DNA from: an uncultured archaeon
GTDB taxonomy: Archaea; Asgardarchaeota; Lokiarchaeia; Sigyniarchaeales; SOKP01
Direction: 5' to 3'
Assembly: GCA_964493715.1 (NCBI GenBank)
Contig: CAZBPC010000007.1
Span: 1-57,609, forward strand
DNA: 57,609 nucleotides
Below the pieces are notes generated by a model. The model was not told the DNA's origin. It ran no database searches and saw only the letters and a program-made list of their open reading frames with translations. This document shows positions 56,101 through 57,609 of this stretch, in pieces (position 1 is the stretch's first letter; each line of letters begins with the position of its first letter). The translations under genes and the position numbers were made by a program.

Positions 56101-57609
56101 ATACTAACTATTTAGCACAAACAACTCACAGATTTATAAATAATAATGCTCCTAGTGAAATTAGCGAGTTAGGTAGAGCTGCCTTAAACTCCATCTCATT
56201 TTACTCAAGTGCGAAAGATACTTTTAAGAACTTAGAAAAAACTTGTATTCATGCAGCAATAGACATTCAAAAAAATACGTTAAATTTTCCAATAATTGAT
56301 GATACAGCTACTCAAGTATTAATAACTCTTAAAAAAAGTGAACTAAATAATGCTTCAATATTATTAGACAGTGGGTTATATCAATTATGTATTGATACAC
56401 TTGAAGTTTTCAATGATTTTGTATTAGATAAATACATAGAAACGCGAAATCCAGAATTTTCTCACTTATACTATGAAGGTTCTAGACTTGGTTGCTTAGC
56501 ACAAAAATGGAATCAAATAGATTTAGGAGTTTTTGATTATGAAGCCAAAGAAGTAGTTAATGGAAAAAGTATAGAATACATTTTTCAAATCCATAATGAT
56601 ATTAACTATGCAATGTATCGCACTAAAAACTTAATTGTACCCATATTCAATGTTACCGGATTACCTCCAGAAATTAATTTTAGGATCACTTACTTGAATT
56701 CAACAGAATTACCTCAAACTCTAGATGGTCACTATTATATTCCAATAGGTCCAGAAGAATCTATATTACTAAAATTTGTCGTTGAAATTCCCTTAAATAG
56801 CCCATTTGAACTAGAAATGTATAATTTTGAGATGTTGGCATTCAGTGAATTTATTGATAAGAGTACAAATTACCGACAAAATTTCACTTTAAGCATTTTA
56901 GAAGATGATTTAACTCCTCCAGAAGTTACACTTTCCTATAATGGAGATGGATACGATTCAGATCCTGGGATCCTTGAGTTTTCAGTAATAGAAGACGGTT
57001 ATGGAAGTGAAGCTACCGGGAATTTAACAATTATAGGACCAGATGACTTCATCTATAAACAACAATTTGCTGAAGGCATGAATATGAAGGATCTAAGTAA
57101 TCTTATTCTTAGTCCAGGAGAATATACTGCAACCTTATTTGTCGAAAACAATGACGAGGATAGAGGAGAAATTGACGAAGAAATCGATCAAATTAGTATC
57201 TCATTCGCTATTTTAGATGATGATACGGATGCTCCGGTGCTTACTCTGATTCATGATGGAGACGGTACGGATGGATCTCCAGGAGTTCTTATATTCTCAA
57301 TAACCGAAGAAGACTCAGGAAGTGAAGCCACAGGATATGTAACAATTGAAGACCCATTTGGGTATATCGTAAGCAGTGAAATTTATGCTGAGGGAACATT
57401 TACTTTAGATTTGAATACATTCGATCCAAAACTTTGTGAACTTGGTTTCTACACCGCAACATTACATGCCAAGAATAACGACGAAGACGGATGGGAAGGA
57501 GATGGAGAATCATCTTCTATAAGCATTGAGTTCGAAATTACTGACGATGATATAGATGCTCCGGTGCTTACTCTGATTCATGATGGAGACGGTACGGATG
57601 GATCTCCAG
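53172..57609 (+). CDS. Very large secreted/surface protein with acidic Ig-like repeats (3' end outside window)
   Basis: ATG at 53172 begins MENNLKFKYKSVLLIVIFALPFVFGAFGYL (signal peptide or TM anchor). The same frame carries the C-terminal DDDxxxP repeats and no stop was seen (>1479 aa), which would explain its absence from the ORF track. Confidence 0.85.
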   Translation, partial: MENNLKFKYKSVLLIVIFALPFVFGAFGYLNIEKNGDSTNIYADQIKEKETYNNNIETPNHSDPEVQLPEPTNDYDFYRNQLLDHFNLTYGDYLNMDAHDKGMFYNYTIALWGKENGTLTEEEAQQLIEHHSPTALGKYPKREAIIENTDGSFIVKFSITGKWAERVTKVTAYLDDDENIFSWGSNFKQMQIKEEITLFPEGHMEDNYKSWVGSIVWGEKASFEIWCAPGYIDDCVEIFIVIEWDFYDVLHILDPWQHQDTKWERFSHTAYIPPVSEWPLFPTTDIDSIDDLIEWTPINIVDDDTVKPIVSSFIVDHEDLRYDGFNIDVLDPPTSIKEGKTYKYTNDQVLFILSEDDSPPGSLQMERYSVIDSYEKCIGTNEVELIETSVYLTLDLFGIPITTVSNAIGYGFSLVDNTPGIKYKFVVQVSDSDDDRGEIDRETSNPLTFYLCSDASSTSSIDFGLIMGAGAGTAQLVQKLDGVIPDIDFSHVDFQTNDEYEVFPYKKDTTATEMSFDIQYYNPFEFPIRIQLGYNQSENSPRLSTSIDIDQFRIVENGFEGRDNIYNGFGSGTPEEIESSVFNSYIPSEINSGGTGLGTLWFELEPKETKIFEDFLKIRVEDFELLSYLDLQTLMEEISMYIATANSLSSLAFDFMTYGIFDEGFQSSYSLDNTFNLYNALYLNPYLHSLKAVSNFGIKVENVYYPKLYLQDENVAIWNNTFCITDRETLNLFLIADEEQTLGYTFDSQTGYNRFRFAFYPPDEQVSAFATFIRQNLLRDTLLYISSFGSSLSDENPYKTLLEVIPMITAVGLSPLLYHFVEIMNGFNSLDYNFNEKPNPGLISVLIDQFPELLQDNELAIRTLSYLEKSSEMERELQGYYESMNRYHTAVIYSQWSSSSNQLFYAAEFSKNANQFMNEMTIDLAFILATISDGLSNIGMAPFSNENIDMVKNNFGYDTRYLTNTYDQSSFRSNDENTNYLAQTTHRFINNNAPSEISELGRAALNSISFYSSAKDTFKNLEKTCIHAAIDIQKNTLNFPIIDDTATQVLITLKKSELNNASILLDSGLYQLCIDTLEVFNDFVLDKYIETRNPEFSHLYYEGSRLGCLAQKWNQIDLGVFDYEAKEVVNGKSIEYIFQIHNDINYAMYRTKNLIVPIFNVTGLPPEINFRITYLNSTELPQTLDGHYYIPIGPEESILLKFVVEIPLNSPFELEMYNFEMLAFSEFIDKSTNYRQNFTLSILEDDLTPPEVTLSYNGDGYDSDPGILEFSVIEDGYGSEATGNLTIIGPDDFIYKQQFAEGMNMKDLSNLILSPGEYTATLFVENNDEDRGEIDEEIDQISISFAILDDDTDAPVLTLIHDGDGTDGSPGVLIFSITEEDSGSEATGYVTIEDPFGYIVSSEIYAEGTFTLDLNTFDPKLCELGFYTATLHAKNNDEDGWEGDGESSSISIEFEITDDDIDAPVLTLIHDGDGTDGSP
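57228..57609 (+). repeat. Intragenic repeat: identical 55-bp blocks, 327-bp period
   Basis: 57228-57282 equals 57555-57609 (encodes DAPVLTLIHDGDGTDGSP). Confidence 0.9.

Noticed and set aside
1-57609. tRNA, rRNA, CRISPR arrays, IS transposases, integrases, viral genes
   Set aside because: None recognised by eye. The only marked GC-rich patch is inside rpl10e. A tRNAscan-SE/Infernal run would be needed to exclude small RNAs formally.

Overview
AT-rich (about 30% GC by eye) archaeal chromosomal DNA, most consistent with an Asgard archaeon (Lokiarchaeia-like). That placement is inferred from the archaeal uL16/L10e, GGTGA Shine-Dalgarno motifs and eukaryote-signature-type proteins (Rag/Gtr-like GTPase, MglA-like GTPase, arrestin-fold protein). 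The window is gene-dense with about 45 CDS. It includes grpE opposite a probable dnaK 5' end, a B12 acyl-CoA mutase operon with isobutyryl-CoA-mutase-type residues, and a radical SAM + sulfatase pair. A six-gene sugar-catabolism operon lies upstream of an atypical glycyl radical enzyme (GCVD/KVGGY) and its activase. Further on are head-to-head phytoene-desaturase-like paralogues, a GH94-like phosphorylase, two sulfotransferases (one fused to a glycosyltransferase-like domain), tandem GNATs, an FrhB-like protein, PepF, an MFS transporter, an HTH + ARPP-1-like pair and a >1479-aa secreted repeat protein that runs off the end. The strongest unexplained signals are: (1) a ~111-bp direct repeat duplicating the 5' end of the Rag-like GTPase around a 1.9-kb insert, with only synonymous coding changes; (2) evidence that two small GTPases start at non-ATG/GTG/TTG codons; (3) the GRE/sugar cluster; (4) a GC-rich stem-loop inside the rpl10e CDS; (5) unannotated Cys-rich microproteins and a Shine-Dalgarno-rich intergenic tract. 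No tRNA, rRNA, CRISPR array or transposase was recognised. All family calls come from motif recognition by eye, not from database searches.
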